Source: Mytilus californianus
Lineage: Eukaryota
Direction: 5' to 3'
NCBI RefSeq assembly: GCF_021869535.1
Contig: NW_026262734.1
Location: forward strand, 103,912,001 to 103,976,000
Length of the DNA stretch: 64,000 nucleotides
A program made the translations under genes and the position numbers. The notes below the pieces were generated by a model. It was not told where the DNA came from and searched no databases. It saw nothing but the letters and a program-made list of their open reading frames with translations. Below, one piece after another: positions 11,840-25,728 of the stretch. The first letter of the stretch is position 1. Every line of letters starts with the position of its first letter.

Positions 11840-12521
11840 ACATGCTAATTCACAAGGTACTGGTGTGTAGGAGATAGGCCAACCAATCTCATTAAAATAA
11901 GACTTTGTTTACTGTACACTACACTATCTTTCGGCTTCCGATTAGGGGTCATATTTTAATGATAACATGAATATTCTTTTACAAATTCATACAAAAAAAT
12001 AATAATGTTTAAATGATATTCAGAAAATTACAATAATAACAATTGGATAGTCAAGTTGAATTATTTGTTTCCCTTTTAAAAAAATGTATTTTAAAAAACT
12101 GGAAGAGGGAATATTGTAGCTTTGAATTACAAGTTGTAGAGTCTTCATGCCAGGAGCAAATGGAACAGCAAACTAAGATGCTTATTTAAGAAAATTGTAT
12201 GCCAACTTATATAAATGTATAATGATGACTGGGTCATTCAGTCCTTGCTCTTACTCGAAACTGCATTGTCTTTAGCAGATGGAAAGCCGAGTCTTATTTA
12301 AGTGTCTAATTCGCATGGGATATTCAATCCCATTTCAGTAAATTGTTCTTGCTCCAAACCAATCTCTTTTATTACTACAAATCACCCTGTCTTTATCAAT
12401 TACAGTGTTCATTCTTCAGGAAATTTGCCCTTCCATATGAGCACATTTTTCTGACTCCAAACCAAAACCAGTGCTCTACTACAAACTGTCATGTCTTTAG
12501 CAAATTCCAATTTTAAAGCCT

Positions 12522-12650
12522 GCAGCTGGTTGTACAAATGTGGCATTAGCCTAATGGGTCATTAAGTCTTCATTAAGCCTTTATGATGCATTAGGCTAAT
12601 GAAGACTAAATGATTCATTAGACTAATGGCACGTTCGTACAACCAGCTGC
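12522..12650. mobile_element. 129-bp fold-back MITE
   Basis: gcagctggttgtacaaatgtggcattag... is the reverse complement of ...ctaatggcacgttcgtacaaccagctgc over about 60 bp. Confidence 0.7.
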
Positions 12651-12750
12651 TGGTATTTTTTTCTTAACAACAAAGTATTCAGTCTTACCTTACCATGGAT
12701 AAAACCCACAATATCATGGACTATAGGCAAGCATGCTACCACGAGATCCC

Positions 12751-13398
12751 CTGTGTTGGTTAGAAGTTTGTCCAAGAGGTTGTTTTAGTGCTGTGTTGGT
12801 TAGAAGTTTGTCCAAGAGGTTGTTTTAGTACTGTGTTGGTTAGAAGTTTGTCCAAGAGGTTGTTTCAGTGCTGTGTTGGTTAGAAGTTTGTTGAAGAGGT
12901 TGTTTTAGTGCTGTGTTGGTTAGAAGTGTGTCCAAGAGGTTGTTTTCGTGCTGTGTTGCTTAGAAGTGTGTCCAAGAGGTTGTTTTAGTGCTTTGTTGGT
13001 TAGAAGTTTGTCCAAGAGGTTATTTTAGTGCTATGTTGGTAAGATGTTTGTCCAAGAGGCTGTATTAGTGCTGTGTTGGTTAGAAGTTTGTCCAAGAGGT
13101 TGTTTTAGTGCTGTGTTGATTAGAAGTGTGTCCAAGAGGTTGTTTTGGTGCTGTGTTGCTTAGAAGTGTGTCAAAGAGGTTGTTTTAGTGCTTTGTTGGT
13201 TAAAAGTGTGTCCAAGAGGTTGTTTTAGTGCTGTGTTGGTTAGAAGTTTGTCCAAGAGGTTGTTTTAGTGCTGTGTTGGTTAGAAGTGTGTCCAAGAGGT
13301 TGTTTTAGTGCTGTGTTGGTTAGAAGTGTGTCCAAGAGGTTTTTTTAGTGCTGTGTTGGTTAGAAGTTTGTCCAAGAGGTTGTTTTAGTGCTGTGTTG
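12751..13398. repeat. 40-bp minisatellite, 16 copies
   Basis: Unit ctgtgttggttagaagtttgtccaagaggttgttttagtg in exact 40-bp register from 12751 to 13390, plus a partial unit. Confidence 0.95.
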
Positions 13399-14156
13399 CA
13401 TACTTTCACACATTTTTAAAGACACCCACCATACTTCCCATTGAAAAATAAATTTTGTTTTTAATTCTTGGTTGAATTCGTGTACTTAGCAAGTTTTCCA
13501 ACAAACCGTGAGTACTTGCTTCGGAGCTATTTCTATACATCTTGTCGAACTGATTGTATTAATTTAAATGAGTTCATACAAGACTTAAAAAGTCAGGGAA
13601 AAATATCATTACTGGTAACTGGATGCACTCCTATAGATGTGTCATAAATAACTGAAGACATTTTTCTATAATTCTTCCCATTCTATTATCCAATTTAAGT
13701 CCACTGGGCTTTGAGTACAGGGCATGATGGTTTTCCATGCTCAGTAGGCTATAATCAACCTTTCAGCACAACTGAAATCAATCCCAGTTTTATGGAATTC
13801 CTATTGCAAAGCTTTTGTTATCGGTTCTGTTGCTATTTGTTGTATATTTAGTATATCAATTGTATTAAGCATTGAATGTTCTTGGGTCTGTTTTTCTTTG
13901 TCAAATACTGGCTTAATTTGTGTAACAGGAAAAATCTGATAAAAATAGTGCACACACCAACATGTTTTGCCTTTTTTACTGATCATGATTGAAATGTATG
14001 TTGAAAGTCTTAAAGATATAATAAACTTATTGATCAAGATCTATGAAAATATGTTCATGGTCATATGAACCATTCCAGAATACATGCACACCTTACATTC
14101 ATTCATTTCACCAAATATAGTTGAACGACAGAGGTCAATGTATTTTTGCAGCTACT

Positions 14157-14913
14157 TGTTTTCGTCCCCTGCGTAACACATTGCGGGGGACATAGAAATA
14201 CCAGGCGTCTGTCCGTCCGGTCTTGTTAGCACTCTCACATGTACAATTCTTGCTAGATTTTTATAAAACTCATATCATAGGTTTATATCAACTGTGTCTC
14301 GGACGAGTTCTAAAATCTGTGCCGATCAATAATTTTTAAAAAAGTTATGGCCCTTGGAATATTAATAATATGGAAAATTGCATAGTTAGCACTCTCATGT
14401 GTACAGTTCTTGCCAGATTTTTATGAAACTTATATTGTAGGTTTATATCAGTGATGTTAGGATGAGTTAGAAAAATTGGTGCCGATCTATTATTCTTAAA
14501 AGAGTTCTGCCCCCTAGAAATATTAATTATATGGAAAATTGCATTGTTAGCGCTCTCATGTGTACAATCCTTGCCAGATTTTTATGAAACTTATATCATA
14601 GGTTTATATCAGCAATGTCTCAGACAAGTTTGAAAATCAGTGCTGATCAGTTATTTTTTAAAGAGTTACGCCCCTTAGAAATATTAATTATATGATTTCG
14701 AAAATAATTGCCAATAAAATTTTTTTAAACAGTTATGCCCCTTGGAAATATTATTTATATCAGAAATTGCTCTCAAGTCTCCAACTCTCCAAGATAATTT
14801 TAAAAAGTTTTAAAAAACAAAAAACTAATTTTTTGTTTACCGGTAGTTATTGACTTTTGGCAGATAAAATATGTGCAATGCAAGGGACATTGGAACTCTC
14901 TCCTTTTATTTGT
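14157..14913 (+). mobile_element. HINE family C with about 160-bp internal tandem units
   Basis: Subterminal gtcccct / agggac, gtccgtcc microsatellite, and gttagc[a/g]ctctc anchor at about 14226, 14386 and 14546. Confidence 0.65.
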
Positions 14914-17234
14914 TCTGAGAATTCATAAACGACAAAAATGTCCATTTTTGATATCTTGACATCAAAATCATATTCTTTAATTGCCTTTCTCATGATTGAA
15001 CCATGTTATCCAGTGGTTGTCATTGATTGTTGTCTGCCATAATTGTTTTCATTTAATTTCTATTTTGCATACATCAGGCCATTGGTTTTCTCTTTGGAAT
15101 TGTTTCACATTTTTGCCATGTCAGAGCCTTTTATAGCTATCTATATGGTATGTGTTCTGCTCATACATATGTATGTATATATATATATATATATATGAAG
15201 GCCATACAGGGACATGTTGTTGTTTACCTCCTTATTATTTGGTATATGTCGGATAGTTGACTGGTTAACAATCATACCACAACTACTTATTTTCATATAT
15301 TCAGGGTGAAACGTCTGTCTGCAGACTGTTATCTTGTGAGTTTGTTCATCTTGCAAATACATTGCAGAGTTCAAGTATTGGACATGGTTGAAAGATTGCT
15401 ACCTTGATGTTATATATCCACCCCTCCAGCCTTCCACCAAAATTTTAATGTTTCAACGACTTATTATAATCAATGGAGTACACATCCACTCGAATTCTGA
15501 TGTAGATGTAACCATAAAAAAATTAATAAGTTTAGTAATTTGTTTATTCATGTGTAACAAGTATAAATTAACATCTATAAATATGTTATGTCAAATCACG
15601 TGTACAGAAATGATACAGATGCAGTTTTACAAGAGGTATGTGTATTTTGTTCAGAGTATCAATGAAACATAAATAGGTCTAAGCTACAACATTTATACCG
15701 ACCAGAAAGTGGATAGACATACTTAAATAGGAGGTATTTGTGGATTTCAGACAGGGGATCCGTATGTAAAAAGAGCTACTGTGGATTCACTTGTTTCCGT
15801 CATGTTCTTTGACTGAGGAAAAGTTTGGTATGCAGGTTGGACTAATTATATCTAATAATATTTAAAATGAAGATAAAGAACAGAGAATAATATAAATAAT
15901 AGAGAATAATGAGCAAAATAAATAAAGAAAAGAGAAAAATGGCCAAAACATTTACAGAAATCTAGCCTCTCATAAATGAAAAAGATACTCATTTAGAAAT
16001 TTGTAGTGAATCTGACGGAAACCACAACAAAGTGACAATGGAACATCATAAATTAGATTACAAAAGAAAAAAGTCAATGAACTTTATACTATTATTCAAA
16101 TGTTTAAAAATGTGAAACATTCAATGTTCAATGTTTGGCAGTAATAAAATGATTAAATTTGATGTGAAAATTAGTTAATTGTTATTGTACATATTTGACT
16201 ATATGTGTTTACAATAATGTCTAACAGTGAGTGCTAATTCCCCTTTTAATACCAAATATACTTCAAAATAATTCTACAACTCTACTCTAGGTTGTTATAC
16301 CAAACTTTAGAAATACATTGGGAGATAGGTATCTCCCTTTAGCACAGGAAAATCAATAGTAAACCTAAAGACATCTAATGCTGTGTAATTTTTTTTTAAA
16401 ACATGGCGACACAGCTCCAGGATTTGAGGTTAGGGGGAGGCAACTCTAATAATTTTGATTATTTTTAGGTGCTTTGGTCTCATTCCTAAAGCAATACATC
16501 AATTCTAATATACATTTATGCTTAATGATTTATTGCATGTCAAGTTTGTTGGCAGCTATATGAAAAAAATATGTGTTAATGTTGGATAAGAAAATGTACT
16601 TTAAAATAAATACCTACAAAACACTTCAACACCTAATGGGAGATTTTCATTACCAGGAATAGTTGGCTCTAGCAAAAAATAATACCTTTGAAATATGGCA
16701 CTGCTATATAATCAATACAAAATATAATGCTAATTTGTTACCATTACTTAATACAGTAATAAATATGAAATAACATATCATAAAAAAAAATCTTAAATTA
16801 AAAAAAAAAAGGATTTCCTTTTAAAATTAGGATCGGTAAGTTGGCCAGATTGAAGAATGCAAAACAAGAAGTACAATCTGAATAATATAATCATTCACTT
16901 GTACATTTCACAAAAAAAAAGTGACACTTTCATTTAGATGTTATAAAACTCTTTGAATAGAGATGTCTATAGACACCAAACTGAAGGATTTGTTTAAAAT
17001 TTGTTCAACTTCTTTGGCATTGTTTAATATTTAGTACACATGAAGTATAGTTTTTGAGAATACATACATATATATATAGCTAATATGAAGTAATACCCAT
17101 GAAATCAGATACAATAAATATAATATGTTAACAACATATTTCAGCCAGAAACTAATGAAATCAAATATGGCAAAGAGCGAACATATTGTAATTTCACTTT
17201 AACAAATAGTGAACCAACAAATAACTAACAAAAA

Positions 17235-17330
17235 TTAAATAGAAGTCTTTAACACATTGTATCTCTTCAGTGACATTCTGATGGATCCTAGTTCTCTTTC
17301 CACCTGATCCAACTTTTCATCTACTCTCTC
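17235..17330 (-). CDS. MPHOSPH9: MPHOSPH9 terminal coding exon
   Basis: tttttttcag|GAG; ERVDEKLDQVERELGSIRMSLKRYNVLKTSI then TAA. Confidence 0.9.
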   Translation of the reverse strand, partial: ERVDEKLDQVERELGSIRMSLKRYNVLKTSI

Positions 17331-17397
17331 CTGAAAAAAATATTGAAATAAATAATTAACAAGTGGATTGACATTTTGGCCACTATGTCTCATATAG

Positions 17398-18485
17398 CTA
17401 GAGGCTCTGTGTCGCTCACCTTAGTCTATGTGCATATTCAACAAAGGACACTCTCCAACATTGTAGACGTGAATAGAATTCATGACAAAAAATCTCTGTT
17501 TTATTGATTTTGTATTGCTGATCATTTAGTCTGTTTAGTTTCTCTCTATCTTCTTTAGTTTTTGCTCAAAACACAAAAGAGGGTAAAAAAAAATCCTCAT
17601 TTAAGGGCAATCACTCCTATAAAGAGTGACAGTCTAACTATATAGGCAAAATTTGACTTGTTAGTAGATCTTGACTTGCTGGTCATTTTTGTGATTTAAA
17701 GTGTCTATTTATCTATTATAATTTTTTACATATAAGGCAAAACAGAAAAAAAATGTTGAAAATTGTCATTAAAGGGCAATAACTCCAATAAGGAGTCGTT
17801 GGATTATTTCCTCTATATTGTCTTAATTGTAGATCTTGTCTTGCTGATCATTTTTGCTTATTTAAGTTTCTATCTTTCTATTAAAATTTTTTAAGATATA
17901 AGGCAAAAACACAAAAAAATGGTAAAAATCATCATCTAAGGGCAATAACTCTGATAAGGAGTCAACTGACGATTTTGACAATGTCGACTTTTTGGTAGGA
18001 CTTGTCTTGCTGATCATTTTTGCAATTTGAAGTTTCTCTCTATCTATTATAGTTTTCAAGATAATAGGCAAAAATGAAAAAAAAAAAAAGGTAAAATTTG
18101 TCATTTAAGGGCAATAACTCCTATAAGAAGTTGTATGCCAGTTCTGACGTATATGGACAATTGGTAGAGCTCAACATTTTGAACATTTCTACTCCTCTCT
18201 TTCTCTATTTATCTCAGACTTTCTCTATTTATAACGGTTTTCAAAATAATAGACAAAACTTGCATTTTACTCCTTCATTTTATTTTTAGCCATGTAGGCC
18301 ATCTTGGTTGGCAGGCGTGGTCATCGGACAAATTCTTTTAACTAGTTACTCCAATGATGATTGTGGCCAAGTTTGGTTAAATTTGGCCCAGTAGTTTCAG
18401 AGGAGAAGAATTTTGTAAAAGTTAACAGACGACGGATGCCAAGTGATGAGAAAAGCTCACTTTGTCCTTTAGGCCAGGTGAGCTA
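17398..18485 (+). mobile_element. HINE family A, copy 2, in the last MPHOSPH9 intron
   Basis: Same termini as 1864-2893; aagggcaat[a/c]actc anchor recurs at about 168-bp spacing (about 17603, 17772, 17939, 18108). Confidence 0.75.
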
Positions 18486-19203
18486 AAAAGTGGCAAATCC
18501 TTAATGTTATACTTTTACCCTATATGGTCTAAATACTTTGTGTCTATTTGTTAATGTTAAATGTAGTTATTTTGGTTTAACATATTTGAAATGTTTCAGA
18601 TTTTATCATATCGGTCCCTGTTATAGCTGCATAAACGGTATGAGTATTGATCATTGTTAAAGGCCATTTGCTGACCTATAGATGCTTACATTCACATCAC
18701 TTAGACTATGGCGGATAATTTTCTAATTGGCAATCATACCACGTCTTTTCTTTATATGTAGTATGGGTTTTGCTCATTGTTGAAGAAGATACAGTGACCT
18801 GTAATTATTCCATCTTTGTTCTTTAGTATATGGGTTGTTGTCACTGGTAATCATATCTTTTTATTTTTACATCTTAGGGGGAAAAAAAGGATAATGCTTG
18901 TTAAAAATTTGTAACTCTTTCTTGAAGACCTTACAGGACAAATGAAGATGAAAAAATCCAGTAAAATTAGCTTTGGCTTGAAAGGACATGGAGTCATTGC
19001 AAATGCTAACAGATACCTAAAAACTGCAGTTGTTGCAGTGTATCAATACTTATATTAGGCATTGTTAGTCTTTCTCTGTGTGTGTACTCTTTGTAAATTC
19101 TCATTTTTAACTTAATATGTAGTGCCTTGAGCTCATTCCTTGCATTTACTCACCATGAAAAAACTTCATATAGTGACTCATACTAATACTTTGTATTTTA
19201 CAA

Positions 19204-19415
19204 TACTGTAAATTCAGAAATTATTGCTAGGTTTTAAGTAACGCGAATAATGCAATAAATGCAAGTATCGCAATAATAAGGACTCACATTTTGATATCTG
19301 ATACATATATATGTATGCAAATTTTTCAGAAATCTCAATAATTTACTTCACATTCTTGTCTATTCTTGAAAAATAGCAATAATAAATGAACGCAATACTT
19401 TCTGAATTTACAGTA
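19204..19415. mobile_element. MITE with TACTGTAAATTCAGAAATTATTGC TIRs
   Basis: Terminal inverted repeats; family copies at 44489-44703, 47001-47242, 60568-60761, 62596-62805 and a degenerate copy near 9288. Confidence 0.75.
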
Positions 19416-19460
19416 TTTATCTGCAGAAAACCTGATCATTAATTCATATTTTACAATTAC

Positions 19461-19514
19461 CTTTTCCTGTCTGCCTTTACCATGTAGAGGTATTCTGCTT
19501 AATGTCGACTCCAA
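19461..19514 (-). CDS. MPHOSPH9: MPHOSPH9 coding exon 15
   Basis: tttacttcag|TTG...AAG|gtaatt; LESTLSRIPLHGKGRQEK. Confidence 0.85.
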
Positions 19515-20224
19515 CTGAAGTAAAAACAAATCAACATTTATGATCAGGTCATAATTCCTAAGTTTGTTGTTCCTTAGTATCTTTTTTAAGATGATACACA
19601 AATTTCAAGAGCATTTCTTTTTAACATTATAAGAATGGAATTTTTAATTTGCCACATTAACAATTAACTACATGACTTATACTGTGAATTCATTATTATT
19701 CCTTGGGTACTAATTTTTGTGGATTAAGAGTGCAACAAAAGGCTTGTGTGCAGAATTTGTGAAACCATGAAATCCAAGTATTCATGAAAATATATTTTTT
19801 TTCTCAGTCCATGAAATTCAGTATTTTCCTGGAACTGGTAAATTCTGTCTTAACTTTATGGAGTTATTCAAAAATATATTAGGTGTTAAAAGAAAACTTA
19901 CTCAAATGGAACTGGAGTAAACAAAGCTGTTTCACTTGAGCAATATTGATTAGGTATAACTAAATTGAACTGACCAATTGCACAAAAAAATTGGTTAAAT
20001 AAAATGTTTAAATTTGGTGTAAAATAATTGTACCAAGATTTTCAAATATTTTTACTTTTATATAAAAATTTCTAACAAACGTGATGAAAAAAGGTAACAA
20101 GGAACTTGTAATAAATATCCAAAAGACTATAAGAAAAAAAAAATTGAATCAACCATAGTTTGGACACTTGTGAATTTTTGTGCATTTATTCTCATATTTT
20201 GTCCAAATTATACTAAAATCTTAC

Positions 20225-20311
20225 TGTTCTCTTTTCTGCACTGAGATCATCATATCTGTGTTCCAACTCTGTAATATTACTTAATCTGTCTCTAATCTTT
20301 TCCTCTCTTGG
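20225..20311 (-). CDS. MPHOSPH9: MPHOSPH9 coding exon 14
   Basis: tcactgtag|CCA...ACA|gtaaga; PREEKIRDRLSNITELEHRYDDLSAEKRT. Confidence 0.85.
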
Positions 20312-21281
20312 CTACAGTGATATAAAACAAGTAATTATTCATGAAGAGATCTCCCTTTATTGGTATAAATAGATTTAAAACTGGTCAACTTAAATCAATT
20401 CTTTTTTTAATCTTGTACTTTATGTCTATGGTGCTGTCAAGTTGTATATTTTCTTAGTGTTCAAATTTTGTTATTTCTAACAAGGACCAATCCTGTTTGT
20501 TTTTTTTTTGTGTGTTTTTTTGCCCCAAATTCTGATTTATCTTAAAGATCAAATTATGCAAGGGAATATTTTCGTGGTGCTATCTCCTGAATTGAAACAT
20601 TTACGAAAAAAAAAAACCATCTTTAAAGTTTCCCACTTTACGGTAACTCACTGAATGCATAAAATTCATGTATTAGTTACATTGTAATTGGTTTGGTTAC
20701 TTCTTCCTGTCAAAAGTCTGATTACAAAAATAAGAAGATGTGGTATGATGGCAATGAGATAACTCTCAACCAGAGACCAAATGAAGCAGAAGCTAACAAC
20801 TATAGGTCACCATACGACTTTCAACAATGAGCAAAACTAATACCACATAGTAAGCTATTTAAGGCCCAAAAATGATGACCTGTACGTGATTTTTGAGTTG
20901 CCACTTGCATGATGCATATAACACATCTCTCTTTGTTTTGCCATTATGACCTCATAAATAGTGTAGAAATGAAATGGAAAGGATATGGTGTATTGATGAG
21001 ACAGCGAGTACTGTGGACATTGTTTTTTAGCTCATGCAGCATTAAATATGTATATTGTTAAATACATGAAATAAAATGTATAGAAAATATAACCGGAAAA
21101 ATTAGCTCAATATTGAGTTTGTTTTGTGGTAATTTGGGGTTGACTTTTGTCCATGTATTCATTTCCTTCCTTTTGGGCATTGTGTAGTCTTTCTTTCTAA
21201 AGCTTATGTTTTTCATCCTTTGATTTCTCCTCCCCCTTTTGTTATTTAACATGAGAATTATATAAAGTTCAAAGTTCATAC

Positions 21282-21409
21282 CACAGTCTGGACTTGTTTG
21301 TTGTCTAATGGTTTTGCCATGGAGGTATACATATCCTCCCACTCTGGACGTGTCACATATTCACCCGATCGCATTCTATTCAAGGTATCTTCAACCTCAT
21401 TTCTAGAAT
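21282..21409 (-). CDS. MPHOSPH9: MPHOSPH9 coding exon 13
   Basis: ttttccttcag|AT...GTG|gtatga; (D)SRNEVEDTLNRMRSGEYVTRPEWEDMYTSMAKPLDNKQVQTV. Confidence 0.8.
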
Positions 21410-22196
21410 CTGAAGGAAAAATATGTAAATATACCGGGGTACATTAAACAATCCATAAATAAACATGTCTTACATAATTCTCATTTCATTACATTACAAC
21501 TGCACTTAACATTATGGATTAGACTCTTCACAAAAATTCTTGTCATGAATGTTTCAGTGCAACTTTCAATTACTTTTAAACATCAAATATTCATGTCTTT
21601 AGTCTAATTTAGAAAAATTTCAAAACTCTCTATCAGATTCAGATCTGTGAATGTGTTATTGCATATATTACTGCTGCACCAAGAGCTAATCCATAAAGAA
21701 ACATATACATGAGACCAAAGAAACCACTTTGAAATCTCCACTATTTGTGGTTGTCATGTACAATGAAAATGTAAGTGAAATTCTAAAGGAATATTTGCAG
21801 TAAGGGCCTTTTTCAACCCCCAATATAAAGTCCAACATTTCAAGATGAAAAGTGACACCTGTACTATATGTTTAAGCATCTGATGACCAATGGACATGAT
21901 GGAAATTGGCATATTTTCCTTGAATTTGTTTGGAAAATGACATTGATGCTAAATGTGACGTCATCACAAGAGCGATGATACATAAATTTACAAAAATAGA
22001 TATATTTTCAATCTTGTCATTATTTCATGTATTATTCAACCTGATTATAGCCATGAAATACTAATTTGAAATTTTAGCGAAAAAAAACAACCATATTGGG
22101 GCCTTGTCTTACTGAACCTTTTTTGCCTCTTCTTTACCTATTTTTAAACTTGACGTTTATGACCCAATATCTGCTGTCTATCTTTATACAACTTAC

Positions 22197-22810
22197 CATG
22201 ACTACCATTTAAAATCTTTTTGGATTTCTTGACTTTTGAACTCTGTGCACTTTTTGCTTGTAAACTTTTGTTTGATGGCTTGTTTTCATCTCTCTGTGGC
22301 TCACCGTCCCCAGGATGTCGTCTTGGAATAACACCATTTGATTTATTTTTGTCCGTACTTATATCAAACCTAGTTGGACTTGAATATTCATCTGGATTCA
22401 CTGATAACTTTGAAGGTGGCCTTTGACCCCTTGCAGAAGAGTTATTCAAAATACCATTACTATTATCCTGAGAACGTCTTGAATGTGTTGATTTTGTTTT
22501 CGGTGAACTTGATGGTGATTTTTTTCTCTGAATTTTGGGACTACTTCCAGGAGAAAAATCGCCATTTCTAGTTTGAGTCTGAATATCACTTCCGTAGAAT
22601 TTCTTCTTCAATTTAAATTTTGGAGGTTCGCTTGGACTTTGTCCAATTTGTCGCATCATGTCTCTGAGTCTGTATAGGTCCTGTTCCGCCCTCATGACAG
22701 GTGATACTTTGGAAGTGTCAATTTGATCAACACTACTCTCTAACACACTATCACCTAATTGTTCATATCCATTTGCACTGTTTCTTAATGGTGATTTTGA
22801 CCTGGAAGAG
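22197..22810 (-). CDS. MPHOSPH9: MPHOSPH9 coding exon 12 (Ser/Lys-rich)
   Basis: cttttgacag|C...CAT G|gtaagt; contains ORF 22144-22746 with SPVMRAEQDL and SSPTRFDI. Confidence 0.88.
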
Positions 22811-24706
22811 CTGTCAAAAGATATTCAACAGATTATCAAATATTGTCATTACTAACTTAACAGAATATCAAGATTTATAGATGATAAATTGTACTGTTTA
22901 TGTTGGAATCATTGAAGTCTGTCTTTAAGTTTTCTGAAATCCCTTCTTATTTTGAATTTTTTTTTTTTTAAGGCCCTACAACTGTGCTACATCAGGGCCT
23001 AATCTAGGATTTTGAAGAGGAAGAAGTGACTTCTCCTTCCATGAGAGAGAAGGGAGAAGTGGTCAACTTCTTGGAGAAGTGAGATTCCATTACCGTTTCA
23101 GTTGCATCGTGTTTTCAAGCTTATCACTAAGGAAATTGTTTTATATTCAATAAAAGATGTACTTGCAGTTTTTTCATATGTTATTGTACACAATGTATAT
23201 ATAGAAAGTTCTAAATAAAAAGGTTTAGACAATATATAGTTGTTATTTATTTATTGATACAATAATGTGTTCTAAATAAAATTTGTTGATTGGGACATGA
23301 GGGAGTAGCCTAGTAATATTATCAAGATTATGATGCATTAAGTTCATATATGCATCTGCCTCAATTTATTTTTAAAACTTTAGAAAAATATGATGAATTT
23401 CACATGACTGAGAATTTAATTTATATCACCACTTGTCATTGTTTTGTAAAACATTATTGAATGTCCAGGACATTTATGTTAGTTGTAGTAAATTGAGATT
23501 ATTGTTAAAGATTGTAAGTCTATAAATGAAAATATCTTTCAATCTCAAGTTAGTTATCCGATAAAGAGCTAATTTCTATCATTTTTTAAAAATATCATTC
23601 ATATCAACGAAGTGGTCATGAGAAAAAATCCACTGCTGATCACAATCTGGTCGAGTGTCGTACGTTTGCAATCACATTATCCATCAGCTGTCTTTCTACC
23701 TTTTATATTTCAATTTTTATTCAATGAATATAATAAATCTACCTTTAATTCCCAGCCTTTACCTACCGAATAGTAAAATTGATCGACTCGTGTAGGTAAT
23801 AAAAATAAAACAAATCAGCTGAGTGAAAATCATCGTAAAACGATAACTTAAACAGACGGTCAGTTTTCCGTTTGAACAGTTTTGAAAGTTATATCTGAGG
23901 ATGTTCAAAGTCGCCGTTGTATTTATTTAATTTGATCTTTTACAGTATTAGTCCTGGGTCGTTTCTAAAATCTCGATTTTCCTTGTCAGCCGCCATTTAT
24001 TTTTACCTGTGGGATTGTCAATCACAAGTTGTCTCCCATTTACCGATTTTGATAGCGATTTGACTTCGCTATGAAGTCAGTCGGCCGGCGAGATTTAGCG
24101 ATTTTCAAAATTCTTTGGTGACTTAAATTGTCATTTCGCCGGCAAGATTATGGCCTGGCTATATTCTACTGGAAGTTATCTCCCTTATGTGTAAATTTTT
24201 AAAAGGATTTGATAGCTTGACAGCAAAATTATACAATATAAAGTCAATATCTAAATAAATGGAGAATGTGTCCATGGGATACAAATGATGCTCTTGCTTG
24301 CATATAACATTATAAAGGGATGTATGTGCAGACAGACGTATGGACATATGGATTGACAATGGTAACACTCATAAAAGTCTTGGCTTCAACGTTAATATTC
24401 CTATTCAATTTTTTTTCTGTTGGTTTTGTGCCTTACCGTAATACTTTTTTCAGGTGTTTCACACAAATTTTGGGGCACAAAATAGTGAAGGATTCAAATT
24501 ATTGATGTTTTTCCCCATTTAAGTTTGTAGGAGAGCCTGAAATGTGTTTATAAACTGTTCATTGTAGGTGACGTCTATAAATGTAATATTCATACCTAAT
24601 AATTTTCTGTTTGCTGTAAATTCATACTTAGAACTATTTTGTGCTCTTTCATACAATCACATACTCTTTTATAACATTAAATACATGCAAATCTTATTAT
24701 AATTAC

Positions 24707-24928
24707 CTTTGAACAGACAAATCTCCTAGAGAACCATTCATTCTCTCCCTTTCTGACAAAGAGTTATCTCTCCTAGTATTTGACCTTGATCCTGCTTCAC
24801 TTCTTGGAGATTTAACTCCCCTTGGAGATTTGACACTGACTGTAGGTGTCTCTCTTTTTGGGGATGGCACATAATCTGATGATGGGGATTCAAAAGAATC
24901 ATGGAAACTCCCATGGAGAATAGAAGTG
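24707..24928 (-). CDS. MPHOSPH9: MPHOSPH9 coding exon 11
   Basis: ttgccttacag|C...AG|gtaatt; in frame with ORF 24703-24975. Confidence 0.82.
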
Positions 24929-25728
24929 CTGTAAGGCAAAATTTGTATCAGTAAGTTGAAATAATCAAATCTCAAATTTTCATTTTTGTCTCACTAGCGA
25001 CAATAATCAAAGAAGAGACATAAGTGTGATGCCTCAAGGAATGTTGTAAACAATTGTAAGTTTGTGATTAGCCTTGATAAGGTTTCACAAGCAAGATATA
25101 TCACTGTGTTAACAGTTTATGCGTAATATGAATAATTTTTTGCTTTGATAATGTAATAGTTATTCCAGTTAAATACATCTGGGGAAGTGAATGTTTCTCT
25201 AAGGTGTTCCCCACTAAAACATTATCATAAATACTTATAACAGAAAATGTTCATATATCATCATCAACATACTGATAATGAATTGTGTGTCCCTGCTTAA
25301 AACATATTCCCTTGGGGTAAACTTGAATATTTCTAACAACATTGTGCTTTATCTAAAAAGTTGGTGTTAATGTTCATATTAAGACATTACAGAGTAGTAA
25401 TTTGATCTGATTTTTTAATTCATTACATTCACTGGTTTCAGATTCACAAAATAGACTGCTAAATAAAATATAAATTCAAAGCGTTACCTGGCTTTGATTT
25501 TAATCTTGTACAAGGAACAGCTATATTTCCAACGATACTGTAATGAACTTTACTTGTCTTGTTACCTCCCTTTTTTCCTCGTACTTCTTGTTATTGTGAT
25601 GGTCTAAATTTTTTTTCAGACTAGGAATTGCATTATAAAAATATATTTGTATTTCTTGATAAAAATTGAAATGAATTTTCATACATGATACCTCAAGAAG
25701 ATATGAAAGCATTTATGACAGTACTCAC

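Noticed and set aside
21058-21342. 94-aa minus-strand ORF as a separate gene
   Set aside because: Overlaps the real MPHOSPH9 exon 21282-21409 in another frame and then runs into intron.
23540-24160. CpG island / internal promoter in an MPHOSPH9 intron
   Set aside because: The CpG-rich stretch with a small hairpin (tgacttc-gaagtca) looks like a truncated TE fragment ending in ..ggcctggcta; no exon or TSS evidence.
25488-25621. Extra MPHOSPH9 exon(s) between 25729 and 24928
   Set aside because: The flanking exons join in phase without it, and the candidate frames hit stops or need weak splice sites. A minor cassette exon cannot be excluded.
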